From: Phoronis australis
Lineage: Eukaryota > Animalia > Phoronida
Direction of reading: 5' to 3'
Length of the DNA stretch: 64,000 nt
NCBI GenBank assembly: GCA_002633005.1
Contig: NMRA01000232.1
Location: forward strand, 1-64,000
Below the pieces are notes generated by a model. The model searched no databases. It had not been told where the DNA came from and saw only the letters and a list, made by a program, of their open reading frames with translations. Numbering within the stretch: the first letter of the stretch is position 1; each line of letters opens with the position of its first letter. This document shows, one piece after another, positions 36,508-51,000 of the stretch. The translations under genes and the position numbers were made by a program.

Positions 36508-38594
36508 TCACAATGTCAGTGATATCAACCAACCAACATCACTAGTTATGCATGGGTGACTTGATAACTAAACTGGCAAGAGAAATACGAAAATACACTG
36601 CATATTGGTTCACTGAAAAACAAAAATTAAACAAGTTTTCCGATAAATTGCACCACTGGAAACAATGTTTGTGAGCATGATGCCAACAAACATGCAGGCA
36701 GAGGTTTACAAAATCAGTGTAACATCTTTTTACATTCTAAAAAGATTTCTTATGCAGGGTGAGGAAACATGTCGGGATTCATAAAAAGTCTGACCAATCA
36801 CTTGCTATGAGTCACAGTGAGTTCAGGCACTGAATTGCTTCTCCAACCTGTAATTGGTGTAATTTAAGTCAGTCCCTGTTCTAACCCATTCCGAACTTGA
36901 TGTTTTGGCTATCAGATGACTTGAAAGGAGCCCATTGTATGTATACACTTTTAAAAAACAGACAGCACAGTGGTTGATGGATTGGACGATTGACAAATTC
37001 AGTCTGTGCTGATCCAGTTTTATGCAACGACCTCTGAATGACCCTGAATTCTAGACACCACATTGGCTGACAAAGACACAAACAAAATGCCCCTCAGTCC
37101 ATAACAAACCAAGACAGCCAGTATAACGTAAACACTTGTGTAATCTAATAATTCACTCCTAATTTACCGTCATCCTAAGTATGACTTTTCTGTGAGTAAA
37201 ACTCACCTAAAACAATTTCTAAGTAATTCCACTCAGTTCCACATGACTTCCCAAAGCACATCTAGTATAAATATAGTATTCAAAATACAAAATACCCGGT
37301 GACATAATACAATAAAAGCTACAAATCACTAAAACTTAATCATGCATATAATATGCTAAACACAACACTTTTAAGCAATGGAATGATTATTTAGTAAACT
37401 ACAACCCTCGTTAGTTTAGCAAAGCAAGTTAACCACAATCCCTGATAATATAACGGACAATTTCACACATTTAGGACACAACACGGTACACGAGAAATAT
37501 TCTATATTCTCATTTTTATAAGCATAACAACAAAGTAATGGTTAATTGTTTTCAAGTTTTGTAAATTGTCTGATGGTAGTCATTGGGCAATTTTTCCAAG
37601 CAATGCTAGAAGTCACCGAAAAATGGAAAAGGCATTTCCAGCAATTGGTTCTGTCCTAAATATGGGAAATTTCACTGTAAGTAGATACAACACTCAAACG
37701 TTTGCTCCCGAGCCTCCACTGAGACTCGACAATGCTGCCCAGAACAAAGACAAAATATACAATAAAAGAGTTATTCAGCTTTTGAAATGGCATTATAGTT
37801 CAAAGCAATTCACACGTTGTAGGTCATGGTCCATAAGTTCAGTCATTAATTTTTAAACAAACTTCACAAATAAAGAAAAAAAGCAATATTTAAATGCCCG
37901 ATAACAATCTAATTATGTAACAATATGCATGTTTTGGCGTCCTTGGAGACATTAGTCCTGAACCATTTAGCGCCTTGTTAACGAGCACTTTTACAGTTTT
38001 TACACTTGAATACTTCGTAATGAATGGAGAGTATTAAAAATGTCAAATTAATAAATCTTGTCATGCTGTAAATGAAGCTGTTGGTATGCAAGTATAAATA
38101 AAACAGATTTTCTTAGTACAACAAACAACAAGCTTTTTGGTCGCAGTCAATTACCTGAACATGTCACGTGTGCACATACTTAGACCCATGTACCTAAATG
38201 TGACACTTTGCCTATATTGAGAACAAGGTGCATTCACCAAGTGCAAAACACTTTAGTGGAAAAAGAGGAAAATACCAATTTCTAAAATGTTACACGAATG
38301 CAACTTGCCTCATCTTGATTGCAGACAAATGACATCCAACTCCCAGTTTAAGAAATGCACATATGTGAAACCTTGACAAATTTGCACATACATATAACAG
38401 TTGAGTAAAACATTTCTTACAAAAAACTCTTTACTTCATACACAGGTGCATGGGCCTCAATATGTACATATCATATTCTTGTATGCTTATTAGCTAGAAT
38501 ATCACGGCAAATGCTGCCACACACTAGTGAACCATTTTTGCATTTCTGTGCAAGAAAAAACAGCGATACACACTTTCTACATCCCTTGCTGACG

Positions 38595-41544
38595 CTATGG
38601 TTGGTTTTCTTGAGAAGTTCCAGACTTTGATGATGGTGCTTCACTACTGCTCCCCGTAGAGGACTTTGTGACCTTTGGACCTGCCTTAGCCTCGTTCTCA
38701 CGTTGCCGCTGCTCCATCGCTTGCTTTATCCGAGCTTGAACAATCTGCAGATGCTGCTGTATGTAAGTCTCCTGGGGAGACAACTTCAAAGTTTTGATAA
38801 GGCACTTTTCTGCCCTCAAGATGTCGCCTCTCTCAACAAAGCAGACACAGAGATTGTGATTGGCCTGCACATCTAATGGTTTTGTCTCAAGAATTTTACG
38901 GAAATTCTGAAAGAGTAAAGTGTTAAGAAAAATTTTAGAAAAGCATACAGAACCTATATCATAAGTCAAATTTTGGAACTACAAATGCACACATATTAGC
39001 GACACTGTGTCTGATCTTGCCGACTATAGTTTGGTTACTGAAATTGTGGCCACTAGGTGAAGATTTGGCCACACAACACGACAGATCATCGATGGTCCCG
39101 TCTCACATGTAAGAGAGTAGAAATATCAGATCCACCTACTTGTTCAGTGATATAGTTTCTCTACTACTAGTGCCTCATTTTACGCTCTGCTGAACCAATC
39201 CTCCTCATAATGCAAGATAACAACACCCATTGATTCAGGAAAACGCATCCAGCGATGTTAAGATGACTAAAAACAGCAGACTCGTTTGTGGCTCCATAAC
39301 TGGGATAGCAATGCTGAGACATATGCATCAACAAAGGCGGTTTCATTTCACCACCACATCCAAACAGAGTGCCCTGTCCTCATGTGGCACACAATATGAG
39401 GGCTCGTGATGGTGCTTAGTATGTAACAACTCTTTTCTTCTCGCATGTAACCACTTTTAATGAATGCCCAACATGGATAACTGTATCTCTCAAGAAATTT
39501 CTCGGGTGTTTGTCTCTGACAGGTTCGTTATGCAGAGAGTGGAAATCAGGAAAATAAAATAAGATATTTATTGGCGTCAGGTACTACAGAAATTTGCAGA
39601 CCGTTTTTCCAAAATGTCACTGGATATTCGTGAAAAGAGACTTTGAATATTCCGCTTTTGACTACTCAGGTTAACTCTCAATATACCTGTTCAGCAGTGT
39701 CCACATCCTTCAGGTGATTGATGTTAATGTCCCCCATGAGAATCAGGGCTTTGTAATGGTTGGGGTCTTGCTGCAACAGAAGGATGTCAAGTTTTCTTTG
39801 ATGAGACAGTATACAGCATGACATAAAGAAGTAGAAACATTGGGAAATTGGAATTCAGGACTTTCTAATAATAATAACAAGAGTTTTGCTGCAAGGGAAG
39901 GCAAACTGTATTTAATTGGGTCATGTGACCATGCGTTTCAGTAAAATTTAGCAAATTTTAAAAAGGTTTAGTGACAACAAAACAATGATATCACTAACAA
40001 ATGAAATTTTATTTGATATGAAGGTCCAAGGTGACATCTCAAAAACAATACTACAATTTTCTAAAATAACGTTTTCTTGTTTTTGAAAGTCCATCATGAA
40101 AAAGTGGGACATTTTAAAACCAATTCTTACCAGCGATTTATAGAACAGTGCATAAGGGGTAGTAATTGAAAGTATTATATAAATCCGATGAGCTGTTTCT
40201 GAGCTATAATGTTCCAAAGTTAGCCTAATTTGGATATTTTTGAAAGAGGTGTATTTAGTCAATTATCTAAACAATTATAGATTTTAACTTGTTAAAAGTA
40301 AAGATTTTCTGATAGAAAACCTACGAAATTTGTTTTAGTTTTTACCAGCTGCGGTAACCATCAATTGGGTCATGTGACCATGTCCATTAAAAAGAAATTC
40401 CTTAAAAGTGTTTGAGAAAACAGTGTATAATCATATCATCTGAAAGTTTCATTTTAATTCGATCAGATTTTCCTGAGATATGATGTTCTGAAATTAGACA
40501 TTGGACATTTTCCTAGGTTCCTACATAACCATATTTGCCTCACTGATTTCCATTATATTCATAAAACGAGTCGAAATTTTGGGCTGTTGCAAATAATACC
40601 AACAAGAAGTATGCATCATATGATGATTTAACAAGTAGGTCAAGTTTATGTCTTACCAACGACATGTGCCCTGTTTCATGAAAAGTGACCTACAGTGTAA
40701 GGTAGAAACTACATCTTGTGCTCCCAGACGATTTCTTAAAAATAATTAAATGTCGCTTCACCAAAAATACTTAGTCTCTGAGAATTTTCCCCATGACTGC
40801 TAATTACTGGGATAATTGGTTTAAATTATTTCTAGATTGTGACATGCTAATAATAACATGGCTAAAACTTTATTCAATAATTGTGAAGACGAAGCCTAAG
40901 GACAAATGTCCGACTTGAGCCTGAAGTCACTCTCCATGAAACAGACCTCAGAACAAGAAAGTCATTCCCTAACTTATCTCTTGACAAAATAAACGAACAA
41001 TTGAACACATCAGGAGATGTCCAAGCTCCTTCAAATAAAACTCTGGTTGTTTGGTTTGCAAGGCTTTATGGATCTGTCAGGCATTGTAACTTCACATGGA
41101 CAAACACATTTAAAAGCATTTTGCCAGTAAAAGCAGCCAAAAGCCTGTGAAGGATGGTGATTGACAAGCGCTGATTTCTGCTCCAAAAATATCCAGAAGT
41201 AATAAAACTGCATTCAGTACCATACACCACTGTGTATACAATGACTGTTAGGGTTATCATCTAGCAGTTTAAAAGAATAGGTTGCAACCTGTAAATTCAA
41301 GGTTTTAACAAAATCTGACACTTGACTGCCATAAAAAAACTTAAAATTGTGGCAAATGGTCAGTCCAATGCTAAAAAATTCTGAGTTAAGAGTTGTTTCA
41401 CCTCCTCCCCCAAACCCAACTTTTACTCCTCATACTTACAGACAAAAGCTTCTGTAAATAAGGTACAGCGTCTAGGGGCCTATTGACGTCATTCACCAAC
41501 ATGAGCGCAAGGTTGAACAGAGCACTACGGAACTTTTCATCCAG
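38595..41544 (-). CDS. TMTC3: Protein O-mannosyltransferase TMTC3, last three coding exons (TPR region)
   Basis: Minus-strand exons 41544-41440 (LDEKFRSALFNLALMLVNDVNRPLDAVPYLQKLLS), 39770-39687 (QDPNHYKALILMGDININHLKDVDTAEQ) and 38906-38595 (NFRKILETKPLDVQANHNLCVCFVERGDILRAEKCL...YIQQHLQIV...*). All are phase 0 with AG/GT ends. The FRSALFNLAL, HNLCV and YIQxHLxIV motifs match the TMTC3 C-terminus as I recall it. Confidence 0.92.
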
Positions 41545-44500
41545 CTGAAATTCAAAATGAATAATTCCTGAACATTCTGGACATATTCAAATAAAACCAA
41601 CTAACCAAGATAAAAAAACACCAAACTATTTTACATTCTTTCAATCTTGGCTCAATACACTTTCCAATTGAAATTTAATTGCTTAGATGTTAGGTTGATT
41701 GACAATAAAAGGGAGAGCTTAGTTTTATCGCTTTTCAAATGTAAGAAAAAAAATTGATTGTAAATATAACCTCACTCGACTTTTAAGATAACTTCTCTGA
41801 TTGTAACATCACATTGCGATAACTTTGATGTCAAGTAGATAATCGTGTAAAATTTTATAGCTGCAGACCATTACTAACACAGCTAATGGGTGGATTTCAC
41901 TTGATGGAAAGAGCTTGGGGGGAGGGGAGGCAGGGAGGCTGGGAAGAGGGGGAGGCAGGGATGGGGAGAGGGGCTACTCAGCTACAGGTATACGAACTAT
42001 GCAGGAACTAAGAATTTGGTTAAATACAAATATTTGCATCCGAAACTTGTTTAAACTGATCAACCAATCCGGTTTCTAAGTGCAGATCAAACAACTGGTC
42101 AATTTGACTAGACAGTGAGAGAAGCCAATGACTACAAGTGAACCATGAAAATGAGTTCAAAGTAAAAAACATGATCACAGTCTAGTGAAGGGTGTTTACA
42201 GTCCTTAGGTTTTTCTCAGTCTTTTTGCCATCTGTTCTGTTCAGTCACCCCTAGGTTTAAAATTCTTGGAAGATTATTAATTATGACAAATGGTATTGTA
42301 GTGAAAACCTTTTTCACTCGTTATATTTTCATTTTCCAAGAGTTTTCCAGAACACAACTTTAACATTTCATGCGTATTTTTTCAAAAAAGTGGACTTATA
42401 GCCACTTGCTAAAATGCAAATGATGATAAAAAGGTCTCATCTCCTTGTGCAGTGCATGTGTATCCTTTTAAGTTAAAGCCGTCTGGCTTACAGCAGTTCT
42501 GAAGTTACTCAAACCCTCAGAAAGTATCAGCAAAAGTGGCACCTGTAAATGTTCACATGACAGTTTTGCTACTAGCAAAAATGAAAACGCTAACATTTTA
42601 GCCAGTTTGTGAACAGGATATTATGGGTTGGATGATTGATACCACACAAAACTGGAACTGATGTATGAGCTCGCAACAGGAAAGCCAACCCAAGATTTCA
42701 TTTATAATATCTAGTTTGTTTTTTACAGGTTTTCCATTTCCACCATTTTTATCTCCCATCAGTTTTGCATGCATAAAAACCATTCGTCATTTCCAAGGTT
42801 TTCTGTGACAATCACTTCCGATACAATAACCATGAAGAACTAATGTACAACAGGGTCCTAAACGAAAATACATCAAGGCTAGACAGTGATTACAAGTCAA
42901 CTGTGAAAATGACTTCAAAGTAAAAAAACGTAATGACTGAATCGTTTGTAGTCATGATGACGTTTTTGTGGAATTTTTTTGAATCCATGTTAAATATAGC
43001 GGCTAAATAAATTCATAGTTTTCTTTGTTTTGATTCCACTTTTGCCTTTAGGATTGTTATTTTGATAAAAAATACCAAATACTGAACAAACAGGTTGCAA
43101 AACACTGAACTTATTTACACACTATACACGTTCATCCACTTATGAATCAGTCACCCTTAACAATTTTCTTGAAGGTTACTTAAAAACCACTTTCATCCTA
43201 TCTACATTTTGGTTAAACAGTTGACAAATGGCAAGCATACATTTGACTACAGGCTGACATGAAATTTACTCAAATTACAAAACACAATTTCTCAAAGCTA
43301 AGGAACATACATTCCTTGCATTCTTATTTAAACAAAAAAGCCAACATTAATGTCACAATTGCCTAAGTTATAACATCCACAACCCACAACAGACTGGGGT
43401 GGTTTGAGGCTTGTTTAACTTTATGTGGTTAGGAAATTTCCTACATTGTGTTGAATTCAGTAAACATTCAGTCTTTTACGTAACTGATGTAAGATACTGC
43501 GCAAAAGGAGACAATAGTTTCCTCTGCAGCCAATATTCAGACATGTATATGCAAAAAGATGATAAAATTTTCTTACATACATGAATAACTCAATTTCATT
43601 ATTGATCACTGCTTAGGCAAATAATTATGTACAATTCTTCACTTATTTATATCACCAGCGAGTGAAATTTTATTTTGTTAAATGTTTCCACAAAGGAAAA
43701 TCTTAAGAACACCTTAGTTTGTGACAAGGATGGATTGTAGTAAAAAGATGTCACAAAACAACATTTGCTGAAATTGCAAATTAATTGCACAAAAGGTAAC
43801 CAGCCTGCGAAAAATGACATTTTTGTGTGAAATCAGTGAAAAATCACTGTAAATAAGAATTTCCATTTTCCTAGTTGGCTAGTGCATACAAACAATTCAT
43901 CTTCACTCTTGTTATTGCAAAGGAGACAAAAAGGCAATATTGTTCGGAGAAAACTCACAATGCATTTTAAGTCCGTTGAAAATTGAAAATTTCTCTCCAT
44001 TTCTCAGACCTCTAGATTATAACCTGTCACTATACAAATGTCCAAATTTGGTAAATATCAGATTGCTGTATCTTGGAAATAGCTGATCACAAGTTTCAGG
44101 TACTATGCTTTGTGCTGCTTTTCAAAATATTTCTAAAAATTGTAGAGTTTATTGATAGCTTTGATTTGCTAAACAAGTTCTTTTTTTGCTAAATGCTACC
44201 CAATCAATGACAGATTGGTAAAAAGTCAAAATTAAATCAAATTATAAAACTTTCCAATTTCAGAAAAGATTATACTTTTACAGCCTTAATATCTATAGTT
44301 TTGACGATATATTTGGCTAAATGCATAGGTTTGTCGACAAAGTCTAACATGACCCCAAAAGAGACAAATTGAATTCATTTTATTTATTTTATTAGAAACT
44401 GTAGATCTATTATTGTATGCTGTATTCGTTGTAAAAATTTTTAAACATTCGATTTAATGTCTTGTAACCCGACCAATAAGGCCCACCCAATCTAGAGATA

Positions 44501-44723
44501 CTATTTATTATTGCAAAACACTAAATTACAGTTGTTTAAAATGTGCTGGATTTTGCCTCAAAGTAAATGTTCTGAGTACACAAAACGTCCAGGACTACTG
44601 TACAAGACATAATTATACAATAACAAATGATCACTAACTACACAAAATGACTTAAAAGTGCTACAAATTGTCACAAAGTAATACTAACACAGACATCACC
44701 ACCTGTCTTTAGTCAGCATTTCA

Positions 44724-44804
44724 GTTGCCCCACCCCCCAACCAAATGTTCCCCATCAACACACATTGCCCCACTCCCCCAACCAAATGTTCCCCATCAAC
44801 ACAC
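44724..44804. repeat. 41-bp tandem duplication
   Basis: ttgccccac.ccccaaccaaatgttccccatcaacacaca present twice. Confidence 0.9.
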
Positions 44805-47800
44805 AAGTCCAGAACCAAAATCATCATAACTAACAGAGAACCACATTTCAACCTCAGATTACACTTGAAATGATTTGCACTCTATATATCAAATTCAAGC
44901 AAGAATGACTAAACTGTCAGGAGACAAAAAACTTTTGTTTAAATGGATTTCACAGACAGTCTTTCCCATTGGGTGGTCTGCTGTTTTGACAAGAGATTAT
45001 CACAAGTAATTTATACTGGCCATCAGGTTGTGGTGGAATCAGTACAAGACATTATACATCCACAGTGACTCTTTGAGTGACAATAACCACTGATTGACAG
45101 CTAAGTGATGGCTCACTGATAAAGTATTTATAAAAATGCTTACTTCAAACAACAAAGTTGGTTGTGCAGAGCCAAAAATTGACACATGGTTTGGCAAAAC
45201 CTTTTTTTAAACAACATTAGAATAGATTCAAAGTACTCTTGTCAGTTACAAACTTCACGAAAGGAATTTGACAGCAAACCAATCTGGTTTAAACTGAATT
45301 CTAAATGATGAATATGGTATTTTTTTAAAAAACGAATTTGAGGTGGTGCATTAAGGAAATGGCCACCACAGTTGAACGCCACTGAACTTCACTTTTAATG
45401 AAATGCCTGTAAAACGCAAATACATCCTGGAGCGCTGTAGTTCACCAAAAATTCCTTTCTTTGTTCTACATTGATTAAAGAAAAAGAAGTGTCCTTAATT
45501 AGTCACGTCACACACAGAGAAATCTCTAACACATATTCTCCAACACACAATAAGTTATTAGTATTTACAAGAAATAGGCAATGTCACAATTTAAAAATTT
45601 TCCAAAATGAAGATTTAAAATGAGATCATTCGCAACATTGTTCAAAGAGGATGAGGTGCAAATATGCACTAAACCTTTTCAAAAGATAAACCGATAGCAT
45701 GATAAAATGTTAGCGCTCCTCGCCAAAAAATTCTGCTAAAAGAACCCCCAAGGCAAACTATGATAAGACAAAACCAGACATGTTGCACTTACTAAATGCA
45801 ACACTTTCACCCCAAGGTTAGTGCCTACATTATGGGAAAACACCTTAAGAATTAGCCTGTATATTGACTTATTCCACGAACCAAAAGATTTAAGTGTGCA
45901 AATCATGGCTGTCTTATTATCATAGTATTCATAACAGTTTGAATACTGCAGCTTACCAGATGTAAGTTGCAGTCTAACCCAAACAACTGACAAATATCAA
46001 GACTCAGGTTCTTGAGCTAACATTGTTTTGTAATTAAATTGCCAGAAATTTTTCAAATAGCTACAGGACATGATCAGTGCTTTTAAGAAAAGGGAATGCT
46101 GGCCGAGAAATATCTCTTGAAATGCCTGCTGGTAAATGCTCCATAAAATGGTGCAAAGGTCCCTCTGCCATAATTTTGTACATGGTTAAACAGTAATTGG
46201 ACTCAAATAAACAGCAGACAATGTGATAGAACCCATTTGTGATCAGCTGGGGCCATTTCGTTTCTATTCAAAATTGTATCACTGAAGGACATAAAAAATT
46301 CAGGACACACGAGTGGGAGGATTGTAGAAACAGGATTTGGAGAAAGCTTTTATTAATAATGGGAAATACCAAGTCCCTGCAATCATATCCTTTTGAATGG
46401 CTTAATATTATGCAACGGCATCTCCTGCAGGTTGCCTGTAGAAAAGTGGCACCAAGCATGTTTGATTAGACGACATGTAAATAGAAAGTTTGATATAATT
46501 GCAAAGGTCAGTCATACTGGAAAACGACAATGCATACCTGACCACAGCAGACTGTCATTTTCCTACATAAAGGTAAGTTTTAATGAAATACCATACATCC
46601 TGTTGGTAGACAGTAGACGAAGACAGAGTTAGTTGGCAGATAGCGATTAAATGGAGTGGGATGTCCTAAAGGTTTTTATAAAGTCTTAATGCAGTCATCA
46701 TACTACCAAATGACCACTGATGTGTGTTGGCAAATTCAATTCATCTGTGCAAAAATTCCGAGGTCTCAAAATGTCGGTAAATGAAGGAAAGTGCACTAGG
46801 TTTGTCTTGTACATAGGAATTTTAAGTTGGGCCAGGCAAGAGACATTTTGTGCCATCACAACACTACAACCTCGGATTGTGTTTGTCAACTTGGGGAAAA
46901 TTCCAAGTCGCCAACCAAGTCGTCACTTCGAGTATCGTCAGACAATAGTTCCCTCTCTGTTTCAAAAACCACAGAATCAATTTCTTCAGATGGGAACCTG
47001 AGATTCTCAGTTTTGGCGACCTCAGATTTCGTTTGGCGATCTGGGATTTTCGCAAGGTCGCCAAATGCGACTTGGTGCTAAGCTTAGCAGTCCAAGCGCT
47101 GCATTTGATTGAGAGCAGTACATCACACTGCCAACCGAATGAACACGAGCAATGATTTAAAACACTTTGAATCCTATGCCATTGCACTCAAGTCTTCAGT
47201 ACTTAGAAAATAGCAAAAAGCTAGCTTACAACTTTATTGTAGCGATAATCCACTAGACCCAGTCTCAATCTCAAATTCTGCTGGACAAGGAGGCCAAAGT
47301 TGTTTGACAAAGATTGAAAGCTAATTTTGCATACACCGAGATTTTGTGATGTTGACTTTTGGCACGAGTCAGTGAAACAATCCACTCCACGAGGGTGGTA
47401 ATTACTGTCTCCCAATTACAAATCATGGACTGAAAGTGGTGCTAAGTATCCAATAGTAACTACAATTCTATAGCAATTTGTGGAGACACAGCACCAATAA
47501 ATCAGAAAATGGCTACTAGCGGGCGAAGAAATTTTTCTTTATTTTCAGCGACCGGTATAAGCAAAGTGGTTCTCAAAAATTATAAATATTTATAGATTAA
47601 TAAATAATAAATACTGTTACGGCAAAAATTTCAGCTACATCACCATTATGTTGTGACTACTAGTAAAACTTATTCCTTGCATTTTGTTTTTTCAATTCCA
47701 GAAGCCAAGTTGTGAATAAACTACTTCATGAATGAAGAAGGCATAATCACTGCTACAGGTCAAAGGTCATCAGTGAAAAAGCAGAAGTTTTACATCTGAC

Positions 47801-48046
47801 TCATTTCAGTGGACAAGCCCACTTTGAAAGACTGACAGGAAATGCTTCTTTCTAAAAATAATGCACGCAAACCATCTGCCACCCACATAATGGTGAACAT
47901 ATATATATATTGAAATAATTTTCTGATAATGAATCATTACACAAACCCAAAACTGTAGGAGTTTTAAACACGCTCCCCCCAGACACCAATAGACTGGGCC
48001 ACTTTGGAAATCTCATTCCTTAACAAAAAGTGAACCCCACAATTTG

Positions 48047-51000
48047 ATGAAGACGGCTTCAGTTGGCCAGGTGACCATGCTCTGGGTAGCCTGCCTACTC
48101 CTAGTACCAACACTGGAGGTTATGTACGCAGCACCTGTGGTTGTGCGAGGTACCTGTGATTGTGGAGTACTAAAAAACCGGGTAGCAGACGTGGAGCAGA
48201 CAATCGACCTACATCAAACAAACCATGACAGATTAGCTGGGACCCTGATCTCACAGCAAAAGAAGCTGGATAAGGTGGGTGACATCTAAAGTAGGGCTCC
48301 TCAAAGCCAAATAAAAAGTTCATACAAAAGCACATGGGTAGACTATTTCTAAACAATACGGACATCAGCAAGCTTTTATTTTGGATACTACACCAACAAA
48401 AATTGATGGAATAGAATTCAGTTTTTGAGTGACTATAAGGCCACTAAGTCATAAAAGCCTTAAGAGCATGAAATTGCTTTCTACTCAATGTGAGAAATAA
48501 CTTGCTCAACGTGAAATATATCCACCAAGCTTTTTACAATCCTAAGCTAATAACCTTATGCACGGAAGTTGTACGAGACAGCATTTTTTCATTGCCAAGT
48601 GAGTAAGTTAGATCAATGAAATTCCTTTCCAGTGAAATCTGATATAGGTGCAACTCAAAGGTGAAAACTGGCAGTGATGAGTTAAAAACTGAAGTGACAG
48701 GTAAACACATTGGTTGATCAAGTTCAACAACTCTTGCAGTCATATATTTGTGAAGGTGCTTATGAGTTGAAAGGTGTGTGCTCAACGAGCAAAATTGCAA
48801 ATGTTCTCCTGTGTGTTGAACAGAGTTGCTTGAGGTCAAATCATGAATTGCAAAAGCAGATTCAGTCTTTAGGAAAGCACTGAATATTATACCAGAAGAT
48901 GAAATGCTAAGTAGATATGATAAAAATCAGCAATTTTACTCTAAAATATTTGCCAATATTACCTTTTCTTCATTTTCAACTGCATCCTATACTAGTGTGA
49001 AAGCCCATAACTATTTTGATGGTAGTAGCTGTGGTACAAAGCTTGAATACGGAGAAACATTTAGTTTGGAAACATTATAGAATAAAATTTCTCTCGTCGG
49101 CTTCAAGTCTGAGAGTGGTTTCCCCATACTGGCACAACTGTACTCTGAAGGGTACATAATTCACAGTATACACGGGCCAAAAAATAAAAATTTTGATTTC
49201 CTTCATATCAAAACCCAGAAAAAATAGATGAAAGATGACATACTGAAGCCCTAACTGTTCAGAAATTTCTCCGCTTTCTGCTGATGAGGGTGTACATGTT
49301 TTCTAATTTATTTGGGCATTTACTATATGCTTTTCACAACCAAATTTGAACTCTACCGTATCATACCATACCACACCTATACTATACCAGCACATACCAT
49401 ACCATACCATGTCATTTCATACCATTCATATCATTTTGTACCAAACCATAGAATAGCTCCCCGCACCATACCATACCATACCATACCATATCATAGCATA
49501 CCATAGCGTACCACATAAGCATGCACAGTGGAGGACGCACATTACATTGCATTTAATTCGCTTTGACTTTGTCGTCTGAAGACTGTCAAAAGTGCACGTA
49601 CAGGATCAGAGATGATGAACTGCTATGAATAAAGCTGGGACGTAATTTTCCCAATGCACCTGACCACTGTAGCTTGCATACACCTGACCATTGTAGCTTG
49701 CATACGCCTGACCACTATAGCTTGCCTAAATAGCCAGGTGACATCACCCTGCAGTTATCAGTGATTTCAATGATGCAATGGGATAAATCCCTTTCACACG
49801 GAATGCACATTAGACATGTACTTGTGAACCCTTGACCAACAGCAAAACACCATGAGGTTGCTGTCCGTTTATAACAACAGTTTGCATCATTGACAAGATT
49901 TGTCTAAAATTATGGTTTAGTTTTTGCTCATGACACTACCTGTGGAGGACGTGAAAACCAACAGACAGGTGAAACTCAGACAATGATGGCCACTGTGCAA
50001 ACATTTCAGTTTAATCTACAATGAATGTTTGTCAAACAAGCCTTATACATTATGTAAAACTATTACCCAATTCAGGATATTATATCTAAAGGTAAATAGC
50101 TTCATATTCACATCTCAGTTGTTACAGACTGGATAATGGTTGCAACAGTTAGTGCATCCATTTAGCACTCAACCACCATATGCAGCCATGGCTTTTGTGA
50201 AGATATTCGTTGAGTAAACCCAGTAAACTGACATAAACTGAAGCAAACATTAAGTACAGATGAAAGCCATTACTAAATAACAACATGATGTGAATAGAAA
50301 TAAATGCGATCAAGTGCATGGCTTCAGTGACAGGTTCGAATTTGCTCACTGCTTAGAGCTGTCGAGGACACAGCTGTCTGATGATATTTCGTGGTGAAGT
50401 CAGCCCATTAATATGAACTACACCCTCAGCAATATGACTATGACAACAAACTCTGAAGTCCTTTGAACCCAACAAACCAATGTTAAAAAGAGAAGAGAGC
50501 TAACAGGCTTGCAAAGTTAACTTTTTCTTTACAAATTGCTATTTAAACACAACTTTGAGTAAAAAGGTTGAGTTTGGTCTGCCCAAGAAGGCTGGATATA
50601 GTTTTCCAACTTTTAAGTATAAAAAAGTTAACACCAAGGTCACTTAGAAATCATGAATGACATCACATTCACAGCTGGCCTGCTTTATTTCTTACAACAA
50701 TGATTACACAAGCTTAAAATTTCAATTTTAGGAAAAATAAATTTACTTGTAAGAAGACGAGATTGAAATAATACTTTTTCAGCTAAACTCGACTTCAAGA
50801 TCAAAACAACAATTTTTAAATAGTTCTTGTATTTTTATTGGAAGGCGTCATACAGTGGCGACATAAATCGTAGCATGTCAGTTGTTGAAGACTGGGGGGC
50901 GTCCTCTGTCAGGCAAAAATGTTTTTGATGATCTTGTTTTGGATCTGTGCTACATTGTGTATGCAGTCTCTGTGTGCGTGTGTGTGGTGATAATTCAGGC

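Noticed and set aside
39880-40940. Possible transposon remnant in a TMTC3 intron with direct repeat aattgggtcatgtgaccatg
   Set aside because: No TIR/TSD pair or coding remnant could be established by eye.
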